Below, piece by piece: positions 18,933-32,887 of a stretch of 64,000 nucleotides of DNA. Source of the DNA: Bugula neritina (taxonomy: Eukaryota > Animalia > Bryozoa); contig OZ037769.1 in assembly GCA_964035545.1 (NCBI GenBank), forward strand, positions 13,298,633-13,362,632. Direction: 5' to 3'. The notes under the pieces were generated by a model. The model saw only the letters and a program-made list of their open reading frames with translations. It was not told where the DNA came from and ran no database searches. Both the position numbers and the translations under genes were made by a program. Each line of letters starts with the position of its first letter. Position 1 is the first letter of the stretch.

Positions 18933-20717
18933 TTCAGCTTTTTCTCAGATGTCTCTTTGCTAAACAGTTTTCCAGAATATCTGGAACAATCATATAAACA
19001 TTATGATTCTATATCATCTGCACAGAAAGCAATATGATAAAATAAACAGAGTATTTTCTATACCTGATAAATACAACACTTTTAGCTCATAAAATTAAAA
19101 ATTTAGAATTGCAAAATCAAAAGCCAACTTCAAAAATAAAAGCTTCACCTTTCAACATATCTGTGGATATTGCTTATGATATTGATAATGATGTATCATA
19201 AACAACTTTGTAGTGATGAACTAAACTAAAATAATTTATAGGCGCTATTAATATGCTTATAATAATTTTCAGTTGTTTTTATTGACCAAAAAACATTAAT
19301 ATGCACTATTACTATAGACTATAGAGTCATAGATCACATCAAGGTATTGAAACAAAACTCGACAGCAGGCACTTTTCGTTGAATTACTGTACCCGGAGAG
19401 CGGGTAGTTTTAGCTTAATTAGGCCAAAATTTATAGAGTATGAATTGTGGCATTGTTTTACTTCTTGTAATTGTACTAAATTCATGTCTTTCAAATTAGA
19501 GTTTGGGTTTTTAATTAGTTAAACTTAGTCTTGAAGTTAAACTTAAAGTAACGGTTCGTTTCGAATTTAGTTCAACTATTAACTCACACTCATAGTGTTA
19601 TACTCAGTAGTGATACTGATTAGTCATCATAAATAATATAAATTATCAATATCATTATGATTGAATCATAAATGGTTATTATCATTATTAGAAATTAAAT
19701 TTAATATCACAATTACAAATTATTAATTTATTATTCAAATGGAAGTAATATACTAACAGTATCGTATTAAACTTTAAATAAACACTCTAATTGTACTCGC
19801 TAGAATATAACTGTTTGTTTTCAGTGGCCGCTCCAACGGTCACGAAAATACAACTCCTATTCCAAAAGTCTGTTTCATTGGTATATTAGATAATAGATTT
19901 ACAGTGAAAAAACAAGATGCATGCTATTTTAGCAGTTATAAATTATAATATCTGCTAATGACTTTGCAGATCAAGTTGTCTCCCAATATTTTTAACACTG
20001 ACTACCCTTGATAAGCTAAGCACCAAGAGTTGACAGTATTTGAAGCGTCAATTTATTTGGTATGCAAAATGCGTTACTTCAAACATGGTTTTGTAGCTAT
20101 GGCCCGTGTTTATATGGCGAATGTTTTAGTTTCTTATTTTCAGTTTCCCTGGTCTTTGAGTCCATCAAACAAATATACAACATAAACAACCTGTATGTTT
20201 ATATATAGAGTCTGGGTGCTGTAATTAACTTTTTAGCTAAATAGTCAAAGCGCTAACGTTTACTCTTATATTTAATCAAACTCTGTAGCTGTCATGCAAC
20301 TCATAAATTGAGAAAGTTTACCCATATATTTTATTTATTGACTATTGTATGTAAATGGTGAATAATATAATATCATTATCTGATAATAGATATCAAGTTT
20401 AAATATTATGAAAATATTATGGTTGCTATGGCTTACATTTCTAAAGTCATAGAATCTTTAATAGAATACAGAGAATATAGCAAATTCGAAGTGGTTGCTA
20501 ACAATATTCGGTTTGGGGCACTCAATTATCAATAACATGGGGAAGAAAATTAACAACTACCCCAAAAGTTTATTTAAATAGACTATAGGTAGTTATATTA
20601 CATAAAAAACTTAGCAACTAGTAAAGTTGTCAAAAACATATTTCTAGTGGAATGATGAGCCAATGTCACAAACTTTATATCTGAATAAATAGAGGGTTGC
20701 ATAACATAACGCAGTTT

Positions 20718-23700
20718 TCATGTCGTGACAGATGTGTTACTAGCTGTCCCAGACTCTTGTTCGAGAGACTGATGAGGGACTTTGTCTGGGGGTAATGAGA
20801 GTGATTTAGATAGAGTAGCATTCACCGACTTGGAATTGTCTACTTTCTTTTCCTTTTTAGGTGTCACGGAGCTGGGAGAAGGAAGTTCAGACTTCTTCAC
20901 CTCAGGCATGTTAGCGACTGCTGGCGCAGTTATATTGGCACTGGCAGCAGTCAGCTCAGCAGCTGCAGACTTTTCAAATCGGAAGAAGTACATCTATAAA
21001 TATTGTATTTGATAAAAAATAATTAAGACAATTCTTTGCCAAAAATAAATCAAGTTTCAAGGGAAAATGCACAAATTTTTTGTTTAAAATCTAAATATTG
21101 TTATATAAAATAGATTTGAGAGTAGTGAATGTTTTATCAAAGTTGTGGAAGAAATACATTTATAATAAAATTAAAACAAATTATTTGCAACATAACCATG
21201 TAAGTTTCAAGGAAAATGCATTACTTGTTCTTATATTTAAAAAAATGTGACGCTAGTTAAAGTTTTTTCAAAGCTGTGTAGAGTTGTCACATTTCCCAAG
21301 ACAACATACAGATTACAGCTATACACATAGGACACAGTTGAACTCAATGTGGGCAACACACTGAATGGACAGCATAGCAATTTTCAAACCGAAAAGAGGT
21401 TATCCACGTGATAGAAGTTAATGTAACTAAATATAGTGCCACAGAATTATTGTTACAACTAAAAGCATGACCTAAGCTTCATAGATGATGTTTCAGAGTG
21501 ATTTGGTTAAGCTAGCATGACTGCAGCCAAGAAGTACAAAAAAGAAACATGACTTGAAAATAAAAAAAACTTTTTACATTTAAAATAAACAGTAACTGAA
21601 ACCACAAAGCTCACTACAAAGATTGTATCAACTTACAACAAAGCCAGCTGCTAGCAGAGCATGAAGTAGAACAATAATCACCATGAATATAGCCATCACC
21701 TAAAATGTAACGCGTATAGTTAGGAGTTGTCTGATTTATGGCAACACATTTATGAGGATACAACTCTAACTACAGTAAAAACCGACTAAAATAGGATGGA
21801 AATTGCCAGAAGCAGTGCTAAGTTGGGAATCACTGAGTGCAATGTTCGGATACACATTGTTGTCCGAACTCCAAAGTCCCCTCCTCCCTGAACCTAATGA
21901 CCCCCGACTTTATACTGCTTCAAGTGATTTCCAGAAACGATATCGATTTTCTTTGCCATAAAAAATAATGCGGTTATATTTAAAACATCAACTTATTTAG
22001 TGATTAACAATATAAATAACTTTAGCAAATGCATAACCATTCATGGCTAGAGACGAAAACAGTCGTAACATTATTTTATTATTTTTCTACACCTTAATAT
22101 TTTCAAATATAAAACTATAAACTTTCGTGAATTTTTTTTTCATATTTTCAAACAAAGTTGACCAACTAATTAACATTCTAAACATAGTATGGAGTTGCTG
22201 AGTACAGCTACCCTGTGAATCAGTAAACTAGATATCGATCACAACACTGCTACAGTACCTGCTTGCCATCATTTTTCACAGCGGGGTAGAGAGTTATAAT
22301 AAGTGTAGCCCCAGAAAGTAGACTGCACACAACAGCAAGAATATACTGGACAGCCGCCGACGGAATCAGCCATAGAATCTGGATGGAGAGAACATAACAT
22401 TATCATATTATGTATCAACAGTCAGGCAACCAACTGTCTTGTTGGGTATTAGAACTTGTAAACATTGCTAGAACATTTTCTCTTTAAATGTGTATAAATA
22501 TTGCGAGGAGAATTTGTTAATACTACTGTGTGACATACAAGCAAAAGTAACTTTAGTAAAAACATTCTGTGTGCTTTATAGTTACAACCTCTGTGAGAAA
22601 CCCTGATGGTGAGGCTTTTTATTAAATTCCACTAAAGACTTGGCCCTAAACTAGCGCAGGAGCAATTACAACTGAATGCTATAACCAATGGTCTTTAGAT
22701 TACAACCACCTAGCTTGTGTTTACTAGGTCTAACCACTAGATTACTGCTACTCTCTAAACATTAACTTTAGTAATCACTCTTAAAGTACAAGAATATCTA
22801 GTCATTTCTCAGTTGTGGTGAGTTGTGGTTGCTAATTACGGTTCTATTTAATCTGAAAGATGTGAACTACTTTACTTACTGAGCAAGGAATAAAGATAGC
22901 CAGAGAATAGCCGTACACACAGACTAACTCAGTGAGGGTGTACCCCGCCAGGCTCCCCCTCCACCTCAGTATAGCCCACAAGATTACCGGGATGATTAGC
23001 CAGTATCCAAATATGGCAGACGCAGCCAACGGCACTAAGACATAAATGAAATTCATGCATGTTTTACAAATAGAAATAACATGCCCTTTTTAACAACTTT
23101 AAACAAATAGTTTATCACATGAAAATCCGTTAAACTTAACGACAAGTCAAGTAAGCAAATGCTGTTTTTTCACACTTGTTTAAATTTGAAATAAAATTTC
23201 TGACTATATAGCCGATAAAATTGTAAAGCTGTATTCTATAAAGAGAAAAACAATTTGATCACATATGTTATATCAATTCCTCTCTCAACACAGAGCAGAA
23301 GTATATGCATACCTTTGTTATAGTCGTAGACCCACTTAAAGTCCTTCCCAGATGTCTTAAAGAAATCTGCGACATTCCCTGATATTGCAATACAGAAAGT
23401 GAGGGTGGCACACACCCAGAACGGGCCTGAAACACACAACATTAAAAAACGCAACATTTTCAAGGACATCACAAAGCGATAAATGCTTATGTAACAAATC
23501 TGACTCTAAACAGCAATAGCTGTTCCTTCAGTCTTAATCTCCTTAAGAAATAAAAAAACTAGAGGATGTCTTTGATACTCCTTGAGCAAATAATGCAACT
23601 GGATACAGAAACTGTATGCAGTAGCTACTTTATTTATGACTGATGTGCAAGATTATTTCTGGCAAAGAAAAATATGAACCAACAAAAATATTTTCTGTTG

Positions 23701-24992
23701 ACAAGTAAACTATTTTCAAAGGCAGACAGGAATGTGAGCTGAAAATTGTAAAGAGTCGGTATCTTTCACGCACCAAGTTATATTTATTAGAAGATATCAT
23801 AACCATACAGACATTTTAGTTACATAGAAAGTAAGAGATTGCATATAGGTAGTGAGGACAAACTAACCATAGAAATCTGGGTTAGGCCTGATGACATGTT
23901 CCAGAACGTTCCTTTTAGGGTTGGGAAGCATGGACCAGAGAACTCTAGTGCCAACGTCCACCGCATCCACATCAAAGAATTGCTGGTAGTACGCCAAAGC
24001 GAATATGGAAGGGGCTGGCTTGCTTGTATTAGACTAAAATTTAGTTTAGAAATTATTGAAATTAGAAGAAGATGAACAACTTGCTTTAGAAAGGGAAATA
24101 GATAAATATTATGAGATAACTATGGTGTGCTGTAGTTGAAAGTTAACACATACATTAAAATTACAATTTGCTACATTACTGTTATTCACAAAATATTGGA
24201 ATATATCACTCGTAAATGTGAACTTACTAAAGTTGATTTAAAAAGCACTATTTTTGTGTATATGGCGTTTTACAGCACACAATTCAACAGAAGTAGGTAA
24301 CAGCAAATCATTATGATATACTGACAGCATTTTGAGATTCATCTACATCATCTTGCACAGCATCTGGTGGAAAGTCTGAAAACTCTATTGTATGCTCTTG
24401 TGGAGCTGAGGCAGTTTCCTTATCTTGAGCCTCATATGGGTGATCTAAACAACAAGTTGCTGATTCAAATTTTATTTGACAAGAAATTGTTCGAAATAAA
24501 AATTCTTATCAACTAAGCTTATTGTGAATATTAACACTTTTAATTGCAAAAATCACCAAAAAATTATTCAAAGTATTATATTGAAATTACAACACTCGCT
24601 ACCTAGAATTACACAACAGAACAATAAGTTATCATTTGTTTTTATAATAACAAAATGTGAGGTCTTATATTTACTTTAACATCTACATTACCCAATGTAA
24701 CAGGCTTTACATCAAAAGACAATTCTTGTTGCTTTCTCCACTTGTTACAATTAATAGACAATAACACTAAATGCTTGCACAACTAAATTTACAAAAAGAA
24801 GCTGGTTTAAAAACAATAACACATTACCACGTTAAAACCTATGCAAACCGTAATTAACAAATTAACTGTTATAATTATAAGCACACACATGACTATGTGT
24901 AAATTTAAAACAGATGAAATTGAACAGACTAACATCACAATAATGAATAATTACTAACGTTCTGCCTTACCTTGAAACTCTAACTCATCCAT
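20718..24992 (-). CDS. YIPF1: Yip1-domain protein YIPF1/YIPF2 (344 aa, 8 exons: 24992-24971, 24444-24326, 24033-23868, 23426-23313, 23034-22880, 22378-22259, 21699-21637, 20993-20718)
   Basis: [54 protein letters not shown] motifs; all introns GT-AG and phase-consistent. Confidence 0.92.
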
Positions 24993-25835
24993 TTCAAATT
25001 ATGTTGACAGTGTCAGTTTGACACTATTGCGTTGTTAGCTTAGACAGTGACTTAGAGCAAACCGAAATTCCGATGATCAAAGTTAACTTTCAATTTTAGT
25101 TTATGGTGTGCAATTTTTATCATAATGAAATTTTAACATATGAAACTGAATGTCCAGTGAATAGAGCTAAGACTAACTGACAGCAAATTTAATAAAATAA
25201 AAATATTAGCTTTAGAAAACTAAAGGGAAAGTAGCTGTAACACTAACAGTAACTCACTAACTGCAAGTCGAAGAGTTTTGAAGTGTAAACTGTAAGTGTA
25301 ATCACTATCAGTAATGAAAGTTGTAATTAGTAAGGTAGTACTGTAGTCTGTGCTCAAAGTACAAGTACAACGACTCGAATTTATCTCAGATTTGGCGTTT
25401 TGGTTTGGCTCTGAGGTCACTGTTACACTTACAATTACTGTTTGAGTCAGGAGTGACTCACTCAGTCACTGACTGTGAGACTGAGTGTGAATTTGGTGTA
25501 TCAAATTGAATTTGAAATTCAATCACAATAGATATTGGACAGTAGTTGTGTAGGCAAAGAAAGCAATAATTATTTCAAAAACGATAATTTGTAGTAAAAA
25601 CAGATATGCAGGGTACAAAATCAGAAGATTGGCTTGCAATTAATTTATAAAGCGAAAATCAAGAGTTGTAGCTACGTCTACAGTGATTGCTGACATAGAT
25701 GCGTATCTGCGCCAAGTCTTGAACTACTATTTCTTTTTAATATAAAGGTGACATTTATCAATTAAGGGTATATAGGCACCCGTATTTTTATTATTATGGA
25801 TCGCAGGCGTTACCGCAGATACCATCATTTAAAAC
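24993..25835. promoter_or_regulatory. Probable bidirectional promoter region between YIPF and TIMM29
   Basis: Divergent ATGs 843 bp apart; AP-1-like TGAGTCA/TGACTCA cluster ~25443-25460; YY1-like AACATGGCGGC over the TIMM29 ATG. Confidence 0.5.
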
Positions 25836-27084
25836 ATGGCGGCCCCCTGTATTGCCAAAACATTTTTTCAAGCTGGTACGAATCCTAACCGGTTTCTACT
25901 GCGTCGCTTTTGTGCTACAGCTGAGGGTGTAGTAAAAACTGATCTAAATGTCAAGCCAGTTAAAGAGCCTATAATTACACGTATAGGTAAGACTCGGTCA
26001 CTGAAATCCTTGAACTAATGTCACATTGAGTTTGACTTTGTCATTGTCATTGTGATTGGCATTAAATTTGATATCATTATCATGATCATCAGATTATGAT
26101 AGTACGATTGAATGTTTATATTATCATAATTATTATTAACATTCAATTTTATTTCATATTCATACTGATTTTTGATTTCATCCTCATGTGCCAACGAAGT
26201 GTATTATAATTATTTTGTCAACTTACCTGTGTTCTGTTAATTTAAATTTATCCATGCTGCAATGCAGTGTGCCAACATGAACATGGCCGTAAAAGATTTG
26301 AATTGATGACTATAAGAATTTCATACAGGGCTTCCAACTCCTTAAGTTATTTTATTGCAGCCATGTTACTGCCATTGTATGACAAAATTGTGTATCTGAA
26401 TCATCTGTACAATAGAATAGAGTGTGTAGCATAAACTCATTAATTTTAAACAAAGTTGGAGTTTAAATGTTTTTGAACGGCTAGCTGTCACTATACTGCA
26501 AGCATTGTGCTTTATTATTATTTTACAATTAACCAAGCTGAAAGAATTGATTTTTGTTTTTAGTAAATCATTTCAAGCGGTTGGTAGAGGACTATAAAAA
26601 TGCTGTCATTGAAACTGGAAGTGTAATTAAAGAAAAGCCTATTCGTGTAGCTTTATACAGTGCATTGACAGCATCAGCTGGATATTTGTATGCACACAAT
26701 CCTTCTATGGCCAACTATGAAGGACATTTAGCCATGATTACCTGCGATCAGGCTGAGGTAGGCAATACTATAAGAAACACAGAAAAATGCCAGCAAATAC
26801 AGTCAATACTTGAGCATCATTGTCATGGCAGGTTAAGACGCTTTACATTTGGTTTATTTTCTGTGATATGGGTTAGCGAGTATCCCAAATATATAGACTT
26901 GTATGAGGCACAGTGCAAGGATGTGCAGATGACCTGGAGAGAGTGGCCTAAACATATAGTAGACATTGGTATATTAGATCATTGGAGATGGACTGAACAA
27001 TACATGGTAGATTTTGATATTAACCCTTTAGAGTGGGACCATTCTTCTGCTAGCAATTCTAAAGATGAAACAGTTGAAAAATAG
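25836..27084 (+). CDS. TIMM29: Mitochondrial import inner membrane translocase subunit Tim29 (exons 25836-25986, 26564-27084)
   Basis: Presequence-like exon 1; LVEDY, IRN, GRLRRFTFGLFSVIW, LYEAQC, IVDIGILDHW and DFDIN..EW match the TIMM29 pattern; phase-1 GT-AG intron. Confidence 0.9.
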
Positions 27085-28133
27085 GACAAGAAAAATATAG
27101 GTTGTTTAAGATAGTAGAGTTGTTCTCTTTTTCTAATGTATTTTTTAATGAGCCAATAATAACTAGTTTTTTGTTGCTATCTGTCAAGGTTGTTACCAGC
27201 ATACATTTTATAATCAAAGAATTCACCAATCTTATTTGGTTCTACATAGCATGATTCTATTGCATATGCTCATAAATAACTTTTTCAACTTGATGGGTTT
27301 ACAGATAATTGGTGTATTTTTTGTAAATGTGAACAATAAACATTTACTCGCAATGACCATCATTACATTACACTACTTGAGTTCAACATTCACACAACTT
27401 GACTAGAATTTCATATTATACAAACCCAATGTGCTAAAATGGGTCAATCCAAATTACCTGTATGTAAAACATTTCATATAAGCAAATATTAAAAGTTTCC
27501 ACAATATAATAAATTTGTTATGATATTCTATTTTATTGATATTTTACACATTATAGGTGTTCTAGATGTAGAGTGGACAGACTTGCTTTTAGGCTAGTGT
27601 AGTTTTAAAATTTGAACCAATGAATCAACATGTATATTTCCGATTTTTTATTTGTCAACTGTTGAATAGAAGTATTGTACCAAAATGTCAACTGCAAATT
27701 GTACAGATAGCATAAAATATTAGCAATGTGATTGCAAAGTACAATGCTAAACATAGCTGATGTAAATTGTTGTTTCAAAGCAAATATACATAAGATAGGT
27801 AAGCTGACAAATTAAAACCCAAGGCTATATTTATCAGTTGTTTTAAAGTGGGCGACTTGCTTACAAAAATTCAGGTCACATTTGGCACAGTAGAAATGTT
27901 ATTTTAAAATGAGTAAAATTAAAGTTGGTTCACATTACAACATATATCTACAGAGTATAATGAATAATCATAAACTATAAAACAAGAATCATTACTTTGT
28001 GAGGCACAAAATTTTTTTACATAAGACCAGCTGCTAAAAATGCAATACATTTTCAACTCAAAGATAGCAGATTTTCCAGTTTACTCCATCCTTAGCAATA
28101 GTGTTATTCCAGATAGCCCTAGCTCTACAGCCA

Positions 28134-30285
28134 TCAAGAAGATAAGACTTCCCGCAGGTAAGTATCATTCAACACCTGCCCCGTCTTACTTACATAAAAA
28201 GGAGTTTTGTACTTGCCAACCTTGACCCATAAAGAGCTTCCTGGTAAATATTGGTGGACAGCCTTTACCTGCAACCAGAAAATTTGTGCAAAAGCATTTT
28301 AATGCAGCTGCGTCTCCAGGTCAACAGCTCACTAAACTATGCAGTAAGTTAGTTATGTTAGATACAAACTTCATAGTGATACATTTGGCCAGTAGTTTCA
28401 GTCGTAAAATGTTGTTAACTGCGAACAAAACCCAAGTAAACTTCAAAAAACTGTTTTTCAAATTTTGTTTAATGCTGTTGAATGGCAACTGTTTGTAAAG
28501 CTAGGACGGAGACTTCGATATTTCTGTTTCAGTTGAAACAGAATATTAAAGATTCTCTTCCCCTCCCCTCAGGGTTGTCAAGACCCTCAAATTCTTAAGA
28601 CAGCTATTATTACAGATCAATGTAGCAAATATCACTCATCACAAATTAAAGTCTCTCTAAATAATTCTTCATACAGACTGTAAGCTCAAAAAAACTCATA
28701 TTGGCAGGTTCTAGGATCTGAGTGCTACAATTCAGTCTGACAATGTCCGGCATTCAAAATTGCTTGAAATTTCGTAAAATGATTTATCCCATATCCGTAT
28801 CAATTTATTATCACAATTTGTTTCAGTAACTGTTCCACCAACTGTTCACAACGTTTCAATAATAATGTTTTCATGTTAAAGACCCTTACCTGACCGGGAG
28901 CAACGAGAATGTGTTTACTTGTACCAAACGGTGCGTACGTTGACAGACAGATTCGGGAGTTGTCTTTCATTAGCACTATACTTTTGACATACCTCGCAGG
29001 GATATAGGCTACAGCTAAACCGGAGATTACAGCTGTAAAATAAATACATAATATAGTATTAAATTGACATAAGAATAGTATATTTGTGACAAATTCTAAC
29101 AAAGAAACTATAAGAAAAGGTGTCAGTTGGACACAGTGAGCATAAATCTTGCATCAAAAAACTAAACAGTGAACTAGTGAAACAATAACTTACGCAAAAT
29201 TTATTACTTAAAAGATTTTATTACAAATAGCACAGCTCTCAGCTGTACCATAAATAATTCGATTTTTAGATATTTGAAGAACAGTAAACTTTTCCAACTC
29301 AAAAGATATAGGCAATATATTTAAACCAAAGAAAAATGGTTAGACACGAACATAATTTCCATTTTCATACTGCACAGTATCCAAAACCAATAAATGTATA
29401 GAGGTTGTTTGAGATCTGACCTAAAACATAGAAGGCTGTTGCTAAAGCTTTGTGGTATTTGCCTTCTTTAAACTTGTAAATGTCAAAAAACCATCTCTTT
29501 GATCTCTCAACTTCAATTTCTTCGGTTGTAGCCATTTCAAATTTAGATCTCAATTTCTGACCAAAGAAATTGAAATTCATTCCGACAGATGTCAGAAACA
29601 CGGAATAAGCTAAAACAAAAACAGATATTAGTATTAATAGAGTACAAGCTTTGATATGTTTTAAATCATTGTAAACTATGTATTAGCCTAAGATACAAAA
29701 ATATTTTACGTAGCGCTAACTTTTTCTGTTGCAGCAGAATGCGCCTGTAAATGTAGAAAAAATTCAGCCAAATAAAAAGCAAAACTAAATTTACCTTAAA
29801 AGTTTGACAAAATAAAGTGTCATATTGAAACCTGTTGAAATACAGAAAACTAAACTAAACAAAAAGTTAACAATAATTTTCAATAAAAGTATATTAGACA
29901 ATCAAACAAATATACACATCAAAATAGACGTATAATAAGTTGCCACTGTCTCAAATTACTATCTATTATAAAATAATTTGGTTATTGTTAACATCAAAGA
30001 TGGACTATTAATTTGCAGACCAAGAGTTTCAAGTATAGAATTTACATATTGTAAACGCAGAGACTAACCTAACAAGCAACCGACTGCAACGGCTACGTGC
30101 ATAGACTTCCTGTGTACATAAATGAGAACATCACGAGTGACTTTCACCACTTCTTCTTCGTTCCTCACTAACTTCCTGTAAGTCTTCTGTCTCGTTTGAA
30201 CAAAAATGCAATTGGTTGCCAATCTGGGAAATGATTGCAAAGAGAGTAGGTGTTTAGAAAGGCGAAAAACACCTGTGATTGGCAT
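28134..30285 (-). CDS. TMEM223: Transmembrane protein 223 (227 aa; exons 30285-30069, 29609-29421, 29032-28890, 28268-28134)
   Basis: VTRDVLIY, RYVKSIVL...LSTYAPFG...V...QV and KV......FYVSKTG motifs; two TM segments; phase-consistent GT-AG introns. Confidence 0.82.
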
Positions 30286-32856
30286 CCCAATAGCCTACAA
30301 AATTTTAACAATAAGTTTGACAGTGTGTGCCCTTAAAGATGCAGCTGGATAAATTCTGTTCTTTAGTGTTCAATCCAAATAAAATTTTACATCATAGTTA
30401 TAACAATAAATTAAAATCAATTGAATAGTAATAGAGAAAATGATTATAAAAGTTCATTTTGCTTTGTGATTTATCTAAGTGCAAGTTTCCATTTTCAAAT
30501 TATTGCAATAAACTTGGCAAGAAACTTTGTATATTGGATTAGATTTTTGTTTTCTTTTAATTAATAAAAGTAACATAAATAGCTTGAAGACGTTTAAAGT
30601 TAATATAGTTTGGTTCATGATTATAGCAGAGATAACCTACTGTAAACTTTTAATTTAATAGTACAGAATCGCAGTGATAAGAATGTGCTTAGAGAAAAGT
30701 TAGTTTCTAGTATGGTGCTAAGTTTTGTAACTGGTGTGTTGATGCATTGACTAAACTACAGAATTCTCCAATCTAAAAACAAATAATTATGCACAAGCAT
30801 TATCAAATCTGATGTCTATTTGAATTACTTTAATTAGACTCTCCACTCACTGATTGAACTTTAGTTAAACAGAATAAAAAATTGGTTTGCAGCCTTGTTT
30901 TTCTACATTGAGCACCAACTTAGTTTTTAATCAGCAGAACTTTGTCTGATTTTCATTAGAACTGCATTATACTTTCTCCTAAGTCATGTTTTTTCATCAA
31001 GCTGGGTCAAAGAAATTTCCATTCAAGTAGTTGCTGGTTCTAGCACAAGTTTAAAATTTTATTTTTAAAATAAGTTTGCTAAAGTTGATTGGCTTGACTC
31101 AGTCAACTAATTTGCTTAACTCTACTTTTTATTTTTATTAAATTGGAGGTAAATTCTAAACACTTAGGCAAGTCATGGTCAATTATTTAATGTTATTAAA
31201 CTTAGAAAATAATGTCATAACTATCTTCACTTTATCATACCGTCAGTAAATATAACGCCTGGTAATTGTGCAGACCCCAGTCTGCAAGATTCCAACTTGA
31301 TTATTATTATATTCTTCTTTATTTGCATAACTAGTATAACTATAACTTAAACTAATAAGAATATTATGCTGAAACTAGAATTGTAGTTGTCACTGTTACA
31401 ACGACACAGATGATCTATTCTTATAGAAAGAATAAAGTGATGAGACTGAGCAGGATATTAGTTGGCCTATACATCATACAACTACACTCAAACAGCATAA
31501 TACTAATTCTATTAACTTTAAGAGTATTCGTTTTTAACCTTGGATAAAAAAAACTGAGCTAAATACACTTGCAGCAGCCTATAGTAATACTAATTACTAC
31601 TCCAAGTCTTTAATTTAACACATACAACTAATGAACAGTACTTATAGCAATGCTTATACTTGATATAATTTAATTTTATAATTATACTAAGTTATAGTGA
31701 TAGAAACCATAGCAGTAATTAGTACTACTAATAGTAATAGTAATACTAATAGACAATAGTAGTAGTACTACTAGTACTACTACTAATACTTATGGTAAAC
31801 TTATACTAATGCCAGTACAGTATTACTAGTACTACGATGACCAAAGTTATACTGATACTCAACTTGAGCTTATGCTATAGTATTACTATTACTAGTAACT
31901 ATTAGTATTAGATTTAGTATTAGTATAAGTATTACTATTAGTATTAGTATTACTATTAGTTAATGTTATACTTACACTTGTAGTTGTAGTTTTAATTTAG
32001 CTAATATTAACACTAAAAGTAATAGTTTCAAGTTTATGTCTTCAAGTTATCGCAGTAAAACTATCACTATGACTATCACTATCACTACGACTAAGACTTT
32101 CACTGTCTTTGGCCAACTTATAGTTTTAGTTTTACTTACTCTTAGACCTAACAATTATTATTAACTTAAGTTTAACATTACCTGTATTTTACGCGCAAGA
32201 AGTCTGAAAAAAAAATTATCTAAATTAGATTTGTTCTAGCCAAAGTTTTTTGCCATTCACATTGTAATTCACGTCTTAATAAATTGGCAAGAAGTATCAA
32301 CTGGTTAAGATTTCTTTGCAAAATAATTTGATTCACCCTGTTACTTGAACGTTTTGTAACCCTACAGGAAGTAGGAGAACAGAATAATAAATGGGGTAGC
32401 GATAATAATTATTCTGCAAGCAACGTTCATTTGCCGATGTTTCGAAAACTAGCTAATAAGACAGCTTGTTTATACTGCGTCCAGTAGATTCAGCAGAACA
32501 ACAATAATTTTCCAATGGAAACTAGCAACTATGTACAAGCTGAAGGTGATCATAATTCCATAAGGTAAAACTTTGAGGTATAGCTATAACAAGACTACAA
32601 GAATAAAACGCGACTAACCATTTTACTAGGTAGTCATTGCAATATAATGCTGCTGAGTGATCTAGAACTTTAAAAATTGAAAAATGTAAAATATTCCGAG
32701 AAAATATTATAATAACTATAAGAGCTTTCGAATACAAATAGCAATGCGCAGCAGTAAACACTCATATAGCTCTATAGTTTACATAATATAATAAATACTT
32801 GGTGTGCATTTGTGTGTGAACTTGTGTATGTCTGCAGCTGTGTGTGCGTGTGTGCA

Positions 32857-32887
<31 letters not shown>

